Source of the DNA: an uncultured Actinomycetes bacterium
Lineage (GTDB): Bacteria > Actinomycetota > UBA4738 > HRBIN12
Assembly: GCA_963695975.1 (NCBI GenBank)
Contig: CAVOIB010000006.1
Span: 20,482 to 84,481 of the forward strand
Direction: 5' to 3'
DNA: 64,000 bases
Of this stretch, positions 9,411 through 18,120 are shown piece by piece. The position numbers were made by a program, and so were the translations under genes. The notes below the pieces were generated by a model that ran no database searches, was not told where the DNA came from, and worked only from the letters and a program-made list of their open reading frames with translations. How positions within the stretch are numbered: position 1 is the first letter of the stretch; each line of letters begins with the position of its first letter.

Positions 9411-10586
9411 CTAGGCGCCGAGCGCCTTCCCAAGTTGCTCCAGGCTCTCCAGGTTGTGACCCGACAGGAACACGTCGACCGAGGGCATCGCGGCCGCCAT
9501 CCCCCGAGCCAGGGGCTCGTAGCGCGGCGACCCCTTCAGCGGGTTCACCCAGACCACCCGGTGGGCAAGACGGCGCAGTCTCGCCATCTGCGCCTTCAAC
9601 AGTTCCGGATCGCCGCGCTCAAGCCCGTCGGAGCAGAGCACCACGACCGCGCCGCGGAGCGCAGCACGCTGGCTCCACCCATCGAGCAGCGTCTTCAGCG
9701 ACTCGCCGATCCTGGTGCCACCCTCCCAGTCGGCCACCTGCCGGCCTATCTCGTGGAGCGCTCGATCGGGGTCGCGTGCGCGGAGCGTGCGAGTGACGCG
9801 CGTCAAGCGCGTTCCGAACACGAACACCTCGACGCGACGGCCCGCCGCCATCGCCGCATAGGCGAACTGCATCAGCGCGCGCGCGTACGGCGCCATCGAC
9901 CCACTGATATCGAGGATCAAGACCAACGGGCGAGTGCGCGACTTCCGCTGCCGCCAAGCGCGCTCGAATGGCTCGCCCTGCGTGCGCAGCGACCGACGGA
10001 GCGTTCGCCGGATGTCGAACGCCGCCCCTTTGCTCGCCGCCCGCGTTCGTCGCGTTCGCTCGACAGGCACGACGACCGCCAGTCGGCGGATCATCGCGGC
10101 GACACGGGCACGTTCGTCGTCGCTCAGCTCCGGGAACGACTTCTCGCGCAAGACCTCCACACCGCTCGCCACGATCCGGATAGCGGTTTCGTCACCGGGT
10201 TCAGGCTCCTCGTCGCCCGCGTCGCGCCACATCGCTGCCGTCGAGCCCACCTGGATCTCGAGGTCCTCGGGTTGGTCGCCCCAGTCGGTCGGCGGCTCGT
10301 GATCGGTCCCCATCGGCAGGTTGAGCTCGATCCGGAGCGCGCCGGCACCGCTGAGCGCCCGGTACCACTCGTCGAACGCCTCGTCGTAGGCCTCGAAGTC
10401 CTCCTTGCGTCCGATCATCGCGGTCCGGCCGGCCCAGTAGAGCGAGTCACGATCGATGAGCCCGAGAGCGGCTACCGCTCGGCAGAAGGTCAAGATGCGC
10501 CCGGTCCCCACGGGGAGGCCGCGGGCACGCAGGTCGCGGCCGAAGGCGACGAGCGGCGCGATCGGTTCCGTGGTGGCTGCAGGCAT
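9411..10586 (-). CDS. coxE: CoxE-like VWA domain protein
   Basis: LILDISGSMAPY, FVFGTRLTRVT, WEGGTRIG, SDGLERGD, WVNPLK...YEPLARGM. Confidence 0.85.
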   Translation of the reverse strand: MPAATTEPIAPLVAFGRDLRARGLPVGTGRILTFCRAVAALGLIDRDSLYWAGRTAMIGRKEDFEAYDEAFDEWYRALSGAGALRIELNLPMGTDHEPPTDWGDQPEDLEIQVGSTAAMWRDAGDEEPEPGDETAIRIVASGVEVLREKSFPELSDDERARVAAMIRRLAVVVPVERTRRTRAASKGAAFDIRRTLRRSLRTQGEPFERAWRQRKSRTRPLVLILDISGSMAPYARALMQFAYAAMAAGRRVEVFVFGTRLTRVTRTLRARDPDRALHEIGRQVADWEGGTRIGESLKTLLDGWSQRAALRGAVVVLCSDGLERGDPELLKAQMARLRRLAHRVVWVNPLKGSPRYEPLARGMAAAMPSVDVFLSGHNLESLEQLGKALGA

Positions 10587-10832
10587 GACCCCATCCAACA
10601 GGTGCCGGATGAACGCCGTCAACGCTCGCGGGCGAACGGAGAAGGGAAGAGGGCCGGGACGGCCGCGCAACCGGCACCGATTCAGCGCCTCGCCAGGTTG
10701 CTCTATCGAGGCGGCCGAACGCAGCCAGCGTGCTCAGCGTGGATCTGCCCGGTACGCTCTCGTTCGGTGTGACATGCTCCGAGCAGACGGGTCCTTCCAC
10801 CGAGCCCGTACGTCCGGTTCAGGAGGCGTCCG

Positions 10833-11807
10833 ATGAAGGCGATCGTCCAGGACCGGTTCGGTCCGCCGGACGTCCTGCGGCTGGTGGATACCGACCCGCC
10901 CGAGGTCGGGGCCGACGACGTGCTGATCCGCGTGCTCGCAGCGGCGCTCAACCCGGCCGACTGGCACATCTTGCGCGGCGATCCGCTCGTCGCGCGGCTC
11001 ATGGGCATCGGCCTGACCAAACCGAAGACCCGCGTGGCCGGCACCGATGCCGCGGGCGTCGTGGAGGCGGTGGGCGCGAACGTACGTGATGTGCAGCCGG
11101 GCGAAGAGGTCCTCGGCTTCTTCCGGGGAGCGTTCGCCGAGTATGCGTGCGCGACCCCGAACATGGTGGTACCGAAGCCGGCGCGCCTCACGTTCGAGCA
11201 GGCGGCCGCGATCCCCATCGCGGCGACGACCGCCCTGCGCGGGATCCGCGACACGGGCGAGGTGAAGGCCGGTCAGCAGGTGCTCGTCAACGGGGCTGCT
11301 GGCGGGGTGGGCACCTTCGCGGTGCAGATCGCGGTCGCGATGGGGGCCGAGGTCACGGGGGTGTGCAGCACCCGCAACGTCGAGTTGGTTCGCTCGCTCG
11401 ACGCCGCGCACGTCATGGACTACACGACGGCAGACTTCACCGCCGGGCCGACGCGGTACGACGTGATCCTCGACAACGTGAGCAACCTGCCGCTCGCCCA
11501 ACTCCGCAGGGCGCTCACGCCGAAGGGGATCTTGGTGCTCAACGGGGGCGGTTCGCCAGGTCACGTGTTCGGACCGGTCGCCGGTCTCCTCAAGGCGGTC
11601 GTGGCCAACCTGTTCGTCTCGCAGCGGCTGCGCCCGCTCCCGTCGAAGCAGAAGCGGGAGGAGCTGCTCTCCATGAGCGAGCTCATCGAAGGTGAAAAGG
11701 TCACGCCGATCGTCGACCGGACCTATCCGCTTGCGGATACGGCCGAGGGCTTGCGCTATGTGGAGCAGGGGCACGCGCGTGGCAAAGTCGTTGTCACCAT
11801 GGCGTGA
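10833..11807 (+). CDS. NAD(P)-dependent MDR oxidoreductase (zinc-independent quinone oxidoreductase-like)
   Basis: LNPADWH, GTDAAGVV, VNGAAGGVGTFAVQIA, GHARGKVVV. Confidence 0.9.
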   Translation: MKAIVQDRFGPPDVLRLVDTDPPEVGADDVLIRVLAAALNPADWHILRGDPLVARLMGIGLTKPKTRVAGTDAAGVVEAVGANVRDVQPGEEVLGFFRGAFAEYACATPNMVVPKPARLTFEQAAAIPIAATTALRGIRDTGEVKAGQQVLVNGAAGGVGTFAVQIAVAMGAEVTGVCSTRNVELVRSLDAAHVMDYTTADFTAGPTRYDVILDNVSNLPLAQLRRALTPKGILVLNGGGSPGHVFGPVAGLLKAVVANLFVSQRLRPLPSKQKREELLSMSELIEGEKVTPIVDRTYPLADTAEGLRYVEQGHARGKVVVTMA

Positions 11808-11823
11808 GACGAGTACACGGCCT

Positions 11824-11943
11824 CTACCGGGCGGTGAACGGACGGGCATCTTCGGCGGCACGGGAGTCGACGATCTGTCCGTCCTCCAGAGGCTGCCGTA
11901 GTCCCTCGACGGCCTCGCGCCGGAACTCGGAGAACTCGTAGAG
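11824..11943 (-). pseudogene. Fragment of comM/YifB Mg-chelatase-like AAA ATPase
   Basis: Hand translation LYEFSEFRREAVEGLRQPLEDGQIVDSRAAEDARPFTAR* matches the YifB/ComM segment LDExxEFxRxxLExLRQPLEDG..V..SR....FPAR; no start codon, no upstream part. Confidence 0.75.
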
Positions 11944-11962
11944 TCAGTCGTTCGGGCCCTTC
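11934..11962. repeat. Direct repeat copy 1 (att-like)
   Basis: actcgtaGAGTCAGTCGTTCGGGccctt; 16 bp identical to 12480..12495 with similar flanks. Confidence 0.8.
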
Positions 11963-12014
11963 GGTATCTCATCCGGGCTCAGCCTCGCGCGTGGCTATCC
12001 ACCAGGTAGCGTCT

Positions 12015-12353
12015 CTACGCCATCACCCAGAACTTCTTGAAGCCGGGCCGCTCGCGCCAGGCACAGCGCACGCCCTTCCGGATCGACGCCATGTCCCCCG
12101 TTCGAAGTTCGAACGTCGGACCGTCCTCGATCTCGATTTCGACCGAGCCCTCCAGCACTAGGAAAGCCTCATCTTGGGGGAAGTCGAAGAACGCCGGTTG
12201 ACCAGGACCATCCGGTGCCCAGAACAGGCCCGCCTGCATCTTCTCGTCGTCTCGGAACACGTGCTGAACGATCCCACCTCCCACCTCCTCGTCCGGCTCG
12301 AACGCGTCGGTGTTGAGGTTTGAGCGGAAGACGCCATCAGCGATCTCGAACAA
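12015..12353 (-). CDS. Small cupin (EutQ/DUF861-like)
   Basis: DEAFLVLEGSVEIEIEDG..FELRTGDMASIRKG...W; GGAGG RBS then TTG at 12353. Confidence 0.8.
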   Translation of the reverse strand: MFEIADGVFRSNLNTDAFEPDEEVGGGIVQHVFRDDEKMQAGLFWAPDGPGQPAFFDFPQDEAFLVLEGSVEIEIEDGPTFELRTGDMASIRKGVRCAWRERPGFKKFWVMA

Positions 12354-12472
12354 AGGCCCTCCGATCCTGGAAACGGGCTGCGGGGAGCAAAGGCTAGCTC
12401 CGGACCACGACCCCCGTACAGCTTGCAGAGCACGTTGCGGATTGCTGGACATCTTTCGTAACGGCTTTCTCG

Positions 12473-12502
12473 ACTCATCGAGTCAGTCGTTCGGGGCCCT
12501 TT
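12473..12502. repeat. Direct repeat copy 2 (att-like)
   Basis: actcatcGAGTCAGTCGTTCGGGgccctt, 539 bp from copy 1. Confidence 0.8.
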
Positions 12503-12529
12503 CAATACCGCCGTCCGACTACTACATCT

Positions 12530-12751
12530 TCACGGCGCAAGTGTCGCGCCGGTCTTGGGTTCGAGGAGCGTGACGCCCTGAGCCTTCGCGGCCTTCAGGA
12601 TGGCGTCCACCAGGTCTTCCGGCCGGTTGAACATGATCGGCTCGTTGCCTATCGACCCGAGCGCATGTTCCGGGTTTGGGCGAAAGCTGACGTCGCCCTT
12701 GAACCAAGCGTGGCGGGGCTTCACGAAACTCGACTCGTCGGGGAACAGCAT
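12530..12751 (-). CDS. Small hypothetical protein or gene remnant
   Basis: MLFPDESSFVKPRHAWFKGD...LVDAILKAAKAQG has protein-like composition; 5' part unclear. Confidence 0.35.
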   Translation of the reverse strand: MLFPDESSFVKPRHAWFKGDVSFRPNPEHALGSIGNEPIMFNRPEDLVDAILKAAKAQGVTLLEPKTGATLAP

Positions 12752-13075
12752 GCCTCGCAGGGCGTGCTCCGATGACGCCAAACGCTGGAGTGTTTGCGTT
12801 CCTCTACAGCCCATCTGAGGTAGTCGGATTGACCAGGTTCGTCGTCGACACCAGCGCCACCCTCCACCTCGCGAGCGCTGGGATCGAGTCGCAGGCGCGC
12901 ACAAGCTCCTCGGACCGACGCTCCCACGCTCCCGAACGCTGTCGGCCCTGCACGCGGCCGTCCAGCGGGGCGGGATCCCGGTCGACGTCGCGCACGACCG
13001 GCTCGCTCTCAATCGGGAGGATGCCGATCAGGCTCCTCGGCGACCGCGACGATCGACGCGCTGCTAGGTCACGGC

Positions 13076-13519
13076 TCAGGCATGGATCGCGTCGAGGGTG
13101 ACACGGCGTGGATGGATCCGGCAGATGACCCGCGTCTCGCGCGAACGCTGGGCGACCGGGTAGATCCAGCCGTAGTAGGCGGGGTGGTTGGTGTACTTGC
13201 GGGTCAGCGCGTCGAGGTGGTCGAGCGCGCCGTCGGTGACGAGCTCCGCGTCGCCGCGGATCTGTATGAACCGAGCGGTGTTGTCGGGGTCGACGACGAG
13301 CAGGCTGAGCTTCGGGTTGGCGAGCAGGTTGCGACCCTTCCGCCGCTCGAGCGTCGTGTTGACCCGGGCGCACCAGCCATCCCAGTCGACCCACACCACG
13401 CTCGATTGAGGGTGGCCGTCGCCGCCCATCGTCGTGAGCACCCCGCAGATCGGTCTCGTCAGGAGGTCGAGGTGCGAGGCTGGGATCGGAGCCGTCCCGG
13501 ATCCGAAGAGCGTATTCAT
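13076..13519 (-). CDS. PPOX-class putative F420-dependent oxidoreductase
   Basis: IPASHLDLL, LTTMGGDGHPQSSVVW, RRKGRNLLANPKLSLLVVDP. Confidence 0.85.
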   Translation of the reverse strand: MNTLFGSGTAPIPASHLDLLTRPICGVLTTMGGDGHPQSSVVWVDWDGWCARVNTTLERRKGRNLLANPKLSLLVVDPDNTARFIQIRGDAELVTDGALDHLDALTRKYTNHPAYYGWIYPVAQRSRETRVICRIHPRRVTLDAIHA

Positions 13520-13998
13520 ACCGTTCCCTCCGTCCCTGTCGCGTCGAGCGCGATGACGTGGGTCGGCTTGATCCGACAAAGGACCGGGATCTCGGTCTTT
13601 GCGAAGCGTGCGGGGATGGCATCGCCGAAGTAGCAGATCGACCGACCCGCGTACTTCGAGGCGAGGTTGTCCAGGTGCTCGGCCGCCCCCACCTCCGTCA
13701 TCTCAACGATGGTGCCCCGGACCTCGAGGTAGCGGAGAGGCAGGCGCGGGTCGTAGCAGAGGAGCGTGACCAGCGGATCGCGGCGCATGTTCCGCTCCTT
13801 GGCGAAGCCACGCATCGTGTTGACGCGGACGCAGTCGCCGTCGAAGTCGCACCACACGACCGAGGTCTGCGGATAGCCATCGGACATGACCGTGGTGAGG
13901 GCGGCGACCGGCGGGCACTCGACCAGATCAAGGTGTGACGCCGGGATCTCGTCCGACTCGTGATCGCTGAGCAGTCCGACGGTTCGCACCGGTCTCAC
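13516..13998 (-). CDS. PPOX-class putative F420-dependent oxidoreductase (tandem paralog)
   Basis: IPASHLDLV, LTTVMSDGYPQTSVVW, KERNMRRDPLVTLL. Confidence 0.85.
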   Translation of the reverse strand: MRPVRTVGLLSDHESDEIPASHLDLVECPPVAALTTVMSDGYPQTSVVWCDFDGDCVRVNTMRGFAKERNMRRDPLVTLLCYDPRLPLRYLEVRGTIVEMTEVGAAEHLDNLASKYAGRSICYFGDAIPARFAKTEIPVLCRIKPTHVIALDATGTEGTV

Positions 13999-15572
13999 CC
14001 CTCCGCCTCATCGTCGTTGCCAAGTCGGTGAATGACGATCGTCGCGGCGCCCACCCCGAGCGTGGCAAGACCGCCGGCCACCCACCTCCTCGGGCTCATC
14101 GAGGCCGGTAGCTTCTGTAGCGTCAGTGGCATCAGATCGAGGTGGAGTCGCGTCGTCGCCCCTCCGGGGTCTTGACTGAACACCACCCTTGCCAGGCCGG
14201 TCCCGAACTCCGAGAGGTCGGTCCGGAAGATGTGGGGATCAGTGTCGTCGTCGGGATATAGGGGAAAGCCTCTGTAGAGCGCGGGTATCGGGCTCAGGCT
14301 CCGCAGCATGAGTTGGCCACGCCGAACGAAGACCTCGGCTCCGGCGCCGATCATCAGCCGGGCACGTGCATCCGTGAGCCGAGCGGAGAGCTGGTACCAA
14401 CCGCAGATATCCCGCCACACCCCGGGGTTTTGAGGGACATCGTTGCGGATCACATCGTCATGCGCTCCGAGCAGTTCCGTGAGCAGCCCGGCGAGCTCAC
14501 CGGGCAACCACAACATCGCCCGCCTCGCCCCGTTGGTGAACGCCATCACCCCGACCCCGTCGTCGGGGGCCGCGAAGAACTGGGAGTTGAAGCCAGGAAG
14601 GATCCCCCCGTGCTCGACAGCGAGATGCCCGCCCAGGATGACCCGGGAGAACGCCAGCCCAACTCCCGGAACTCGGGGATCGGGCTGGTATTGCGGCTCG
14701 AACATGCTTGCAAGCGCCGCCGGCTCGAGCACCGAGCCGTGCTCGTTGGCGCCACCGCCGAGGAGAGCCGCGACGTAGCGAGCCATGTCCCTGGGAGTCG
14801 AGTAGATGGAGGAGGCTCCCGCGGTCACCCACTCGCGGTCGATCACGGCTCTGGCGCCATCGGACCGCAGCGTGTAGCCCGTCGCCAGGCGGGACTCGAC
14901 CCGCTTGGATCGGACGAGGTCGGTATCGGCCATACCGAGAGGCTCGAAGATGTGGTCGCGCAGGTAGCCATCCAACGGCTTTCTGCTCACGTCCTCCACG
15001 ATCTGGCCGAGGGTGGCGAACCCGTGGTCGCTGTAGATGAACCTGGTGCCCGGGTCGGCACCCAGACGGATACCGCCGCGGTAATACTCCGCAAGCGTCG
15101 GCAGCTGTCCGAGCTTGAAGCTCTCCCCGAAGTCCGGCCTGAACGCGTCGGAGGTGCGCAGCTCCTCTGGGACCCCGGCCGTGTGGGTCAGTAGATGTCG
15201 CACCGTCGCGGGCTGGAAGCTGGCCTTCGCCGGGATCAGCCGATAGGCGCGCAGATAGTCGTTGGCGGGGGCATCGAGGTCGAGCAACCCTTGCTCCACC
15301 AGCTGCATCACGGCGATCGCCGTGAACGTCTTCGTGATGGAGGCGATGCGGAAGACCGTATCTTCGGTTATGGGTTTGTTCGAAGCGATGTCCGCCACGC
15401 CGTGTCCGTGGAAGAACTTCAGGGATCCGTCACGCACCACGCCGACCGCCAGCCCGACGGCAGGCCAGCGGTTCAGGATCCCGTCGACCTTCACCCGCAG
15501 ATCGGCCTCAGCGATCTCGGGCGTAGCTTGTTCTTGCGTCTCGGTTCGCCGACGTCTGCTGGTCGCGACCAT
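13995..15572 (-). CDS. Serine hydrolase, beta-lactamase/PBP-like family, with C-terminal extension
   Basis: FRIASITK (SxxK), LLTHTAG, FIYSD, HGG. Confidence 0.88.
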   Translation of the reverse strand: MVATSRRRRTETQEQATPEIAEADLRVKVDGILNRWPAVGLAVGVVRDGSLKFFHGHGVADIASNKPITEDTVFRIASITKTFTAIAVMQLVEQGLLDLDAPANDYLRAYRLIPAKASFQPATVRHLLTHTAGVPEELRTSDAFRPDFGESFKLGQLPTLAEYYRGGIRLGADPGTRFIYSDHGFATLGQIVEDVSRKPLDGYLRDHIFEPLGMADTDLVRSKRVESRLATGYTLRSDGARAVIDREWVTAGASSIYSTPRDMARYVAALLGGGANEHGSVLEPAALASMFEPQYQPDPRVPGVGLAFSRVILGGHLAVEHGGILPGFNSQFFAAPDDGVGVMAFTNGARRAMLWLPGELAGLLTELLGAHDDVIRNDVPQNPGVWRDICGWYQLSARLTDARARLMIGAGAEVFVRRGQLMLRSLSPIPALYRGFPLYPDDDTDPHIFRTDLSEFGTGLARVVFSQDPGGATTRLHLDLMPLTLQKLPASMSPRRWVAGGLATLGVGAATIVIHRLGNDDEAEG

Positions 15573-15746
15573 GCCGGCCACCTCCCAGTTGACGTTGCTC
15601 TCTCGTTGACAGGAGTAACGGAGGCGATTGTCCCGACATCGACGGGGCGAGCGTCCCCTATCCAGCCTGGAGGCGATGCTCAACCGGAGGCCAGTGGTCA
15701 TGTCCATGAGCCGCTGACCGGCGAGGATCCCCTGATCACACGGGCG

Positions 15747-16121
15747 TCACGATCCCTGGGGCGGCTCCCACAGTTCGAACCGATTGCCTTCGGGATCGGT
15801 CGCCCAACCGAAGCGGCCGAACTCCGAATCCTCGGTGCGATCGTCCACCCAGGTCCCGGCGTCCCGCAGCTGTTCGAGCATCCGATCGAGGTTCTCCACC
15901 CGGTAGTTGATCATCGAGCGCGCTTCGGTTGGTCCGAAGTAGATGGTGTCGTCGGGGAAGGCGGACCATACCGTGGTGCCCGGTTCGTGCCACCGGAACA
16001 CGGCAACGGCGTCCTGATCCGGCTCCAGTCCGAATCCCAAGTGATCCCGGTACCAGGCGGCCAGCTTCGCCGCGTCCTTCGCCTTGAAGAAGACACCGCC
16101 GATCCCCGTGACACGCTCCAT
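15747..16121 (-). CDS. VOC/glyoxalase family protein
   Basis: MERVTGIGGVFFKAKD, MINYRVENLD, GRFGWATDPEGNRFELWEP. Confidence 0.9.
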   Translation of the reverse strand: MERVTGIGGVFFKAKDAAKLAAWYRDHLGFGLEPDQDAVAVFRWHEPGTTVWSAFPDDTIYFGPTEARSMINYRVENLDRMLEQLRDAGTWVDDRTEDSEFGRFGWATDPEGNRFELWEPPQGS

Positions 16122-16409
16122 GTCTCCCCAGCCTAGCCCGAGCCGCGGGGACTTCCGGGACCACCAGCGCGGAGAACGAGCCGGTCGGCTCCACCAGGCA
16201 TCCGAGGCACGCGAGGCGCAGGCCGATGGGCCCCTCCCCAGTGCCGCTGACGTTCGAGGACCTCGTGACTGAGACTTGTGAGCCCCTTCGCTGCAAGACG
16301 CCCACGAGATCTTCAACCTCCGACGAGGCAACCAGCCAAAGATCCCTGGGTGGAAGGCCGATGGTAGCTTTGGTCGAGTCGAACCAGCGAACGAAGAACG
16401 GCGATGGAC

Positions 16410-16718
16410 ATGGCGGGCGATCGCGAGCGCAAGGATGACGAGCGTCTCTTGGCGCGCGCAGAGGAGGCGTTGACCGAGATCAAAGTGTCGACGGGCCTGT
16501 CCGAGCCGCACGCCGCGGTCTTGGCCGCGCTTCGCATCCGCTTGAAAGGCGATGCGGGCAAGAGCCTCGATGCCCTCTTGGCCGCGGCCGAAGACCCCGA
16601 TGGCCCGAAGCTCGACGACGTGCTCGCGCGATCGCAGGACAAACCCGCTCCGTCGATCGACGATCTTCTGTCGAAGGCCGAGCAGCAGAAGCGCTCACTC
16701 GACGACCTCCTAGGTTAG
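16410..16718 (+). CDS. Hypothetical helical protein with repeated (S/K)(L/I)D(D/A)(L/V)L motifs
   Basis: Plausible ORF directly upstream of the cyclase gene; SLDALL, KLDDVL, SIDDLL, SLDDLL. Confidence 0.6.
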   Translation: MAGDRERKDDERLLARAEEALTEIKVSTGLSEPHAAVLAALRIRLKGDAGKSLDALLAAAEDPDGPKLDDVLARSQDKPAPSIDDLLSKAEQQKRSLDDLLG

Positions 16719-16731
16719 GAACGCAACAGCA

Positions 16732-18099
16732 GTGGACATCCCAGAGACGCGCTATGCGACGACGGCAGACGGCGTCCACGTCGCCTACCAGGCGCTCGGC
16801 GACGGCCCGGTCGACGTCCTGTTCGTGCTCGGATGGGTCACCCATATCGAGAAGATGTGGACCGAGCAGAGGTTCGCGCGGTTCTTCACGCGCCTCGCGT
16901 CGTTCGCCCGGGTGATGGTGTTCGACAAACGCGGCGTCGGGCTCTCCGATCGCGTGTCCGAGGACCGCCTCCCGTCGCTCGAGGTGCGGATGGACGACGC
17001 CCGTGCCGTGATGGACGCCGCCGACTCCGAGCGCGCAGTGGTGGTCGGGGTATCGGAGGGCGGCCCGATGGCGATGCTGTTCGCCGCGACGTACCCCGAG
17101 CGCACGATCGCACTGGTGGTGTTCGGCACCAGCGCGTGCTGGAACAACGCGCCCGACTACCCGTACAGCGTGCCGAACGAGGATGTCGACCCGGAGGTCG
17201 TGGCGTTCCGAGAACGACGGGAGCGATTGTGGGGCACCAAAGAGCTCGCCCGGGAGTTCCTCGCGGAGTCGTTCGCTCCGGACCTCGCCGACGACGAACC
17301 GACGCAGGCATGGCTCGCCGACTACATGCGGAACGCCGCAAGCCCAGGAGCCGTGAACGCCCTCTCAACCATGAATCGCGCGATCGACGTTCGATCGGCC
17401 CTCCCGGCCATCCATGTGCCCACCTTGGTCCTCGCCCGAGACGGCGACCTCGACTACGGCGTGGAGGAGACGAAATGGATCGCCGACCAGATCCGGGGCG
17501 CGCGCTTCGTCTCGTTCCCCGGGAACGAACACCTCTTCGTCATGGGCCCACAGGACGACCTGCTCGACGAGATCGAGCGCTTCGTGGCCGAGGTACACGG
17601 CGATGAGGCCGATCTGGACCGGATGCTCGCCACGGTGATGTTCACGGACATCGTTGGCTCGACGGAGAAGGCGGCGGAGCTCGGGGACAGGGGATGGCGG
17701 GACCTGGTGGAGCGTCACCACGGGGTGGTGCGGGCGATGCTCGGGCGCTTCCGAGGCAAGGAGGTCGACACTGCCGGTGATGGCTTCTTCGCCACCTTCG
17801 ACGGGCCGGCGCGGGGTGTGCGCTGCGCCGAAGCGATCACCGAGGCCGTGAACGATCTCGGGATCGAGGTCCGGGCGGGCGTGCACACGGGTGAGGTGGA
17901 GATGATCGCCGGGAAGGTCGGCGGGATCGCGGTGAACGTCGGCGCTCGGATCGCGTCGCTGGCGGCGCCCTCGGAGGTGCTCGTGTCCCACACCGTCCAG
18001 GGACTCGTTTCCGGGTCCGGCCTGACGTTCGCAGACGCGGGTGAGCACGAGTTGAAGGGCGTCCCCGGCAGCTGGCACCTGTACCGGTTGGCCGGGTAG
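16732..18099 (+). CDS. Alpha/beta hydrolase - class III nucleotide cyclase fusion (LipJ-like)
   Basis: FDKRGVGLSD, GVSEGG; ATVMFTDIVGST, GDGF, RAGVHTGE, AVNVGARI. Confidence 0.9.
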   Translation: MDIPETRYATTADGVHVAYQALGDGPVDVLFVLGWVTHIEKMWTEQRFARFFTRLASFARVMVFDKRGVGLSDRVSEDRLPSLEVRMDDARAVMDAADSERAVVVGVSEGGPMAMLFAATYPERTIALVVFGTSACWNNAPDYPYSVPNEDVDPEVVAFRERRERLWGTKELAREFLAESFAPDLADDEPTQAWLADYMRNAASPGAVNALSTMNRAIDVRSALPAIHVPTLVLARDGDLDYGVEETKWIADQIRGARFVSFPGNEHLFVMGPQDDLLDEIERFVAEVHGDEADLDRMLATVMFTDIVGSTEKAAELGDRGWRDLVERHHGVVRAMLGRFRGKEVDTAGDGFFATFDGPARGVRCAEAITEAVNDLGIEVRAGVHTGEVEMIAGKVGGIAVNVGARIASLAAPSEVLVSHTVQGLVSGSGLTFADAGEHELKGVPGSWHLYRLAG

Positions 18100-18120
18100 T
18101 CCGGGAGCCTCAGCCGGGGA

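Noticed and set aside
11934-12502. Repeat pair as a CRISPR array or classical integron attC sites
   Set aside because: Only two copies 539 bp apart, no cas or intI gene, and no RYYYAAC/GTTRRRY boxes.
12514-12828. 9-bp inverted repeat TCCGACTAC / GTAGTCGGA around a small ORF as a MITE
   Set aside because: Too short, does not extend, and has no target-site duplication; compatible with chance.
13995-15572. Antibiotic-resistance beta-lactamase
   Set aside because: No signal peptide, YSD and HGG variants, and a long C-terminal extension fit a general serine hydrolase.
16122-16409. ncRNA or gene in the 290-bp intergenic gap (also 10587..10832 and 12760..13075)
   Set aside because: No recognisable structure, tRNA motif or credible protein motif by eye.
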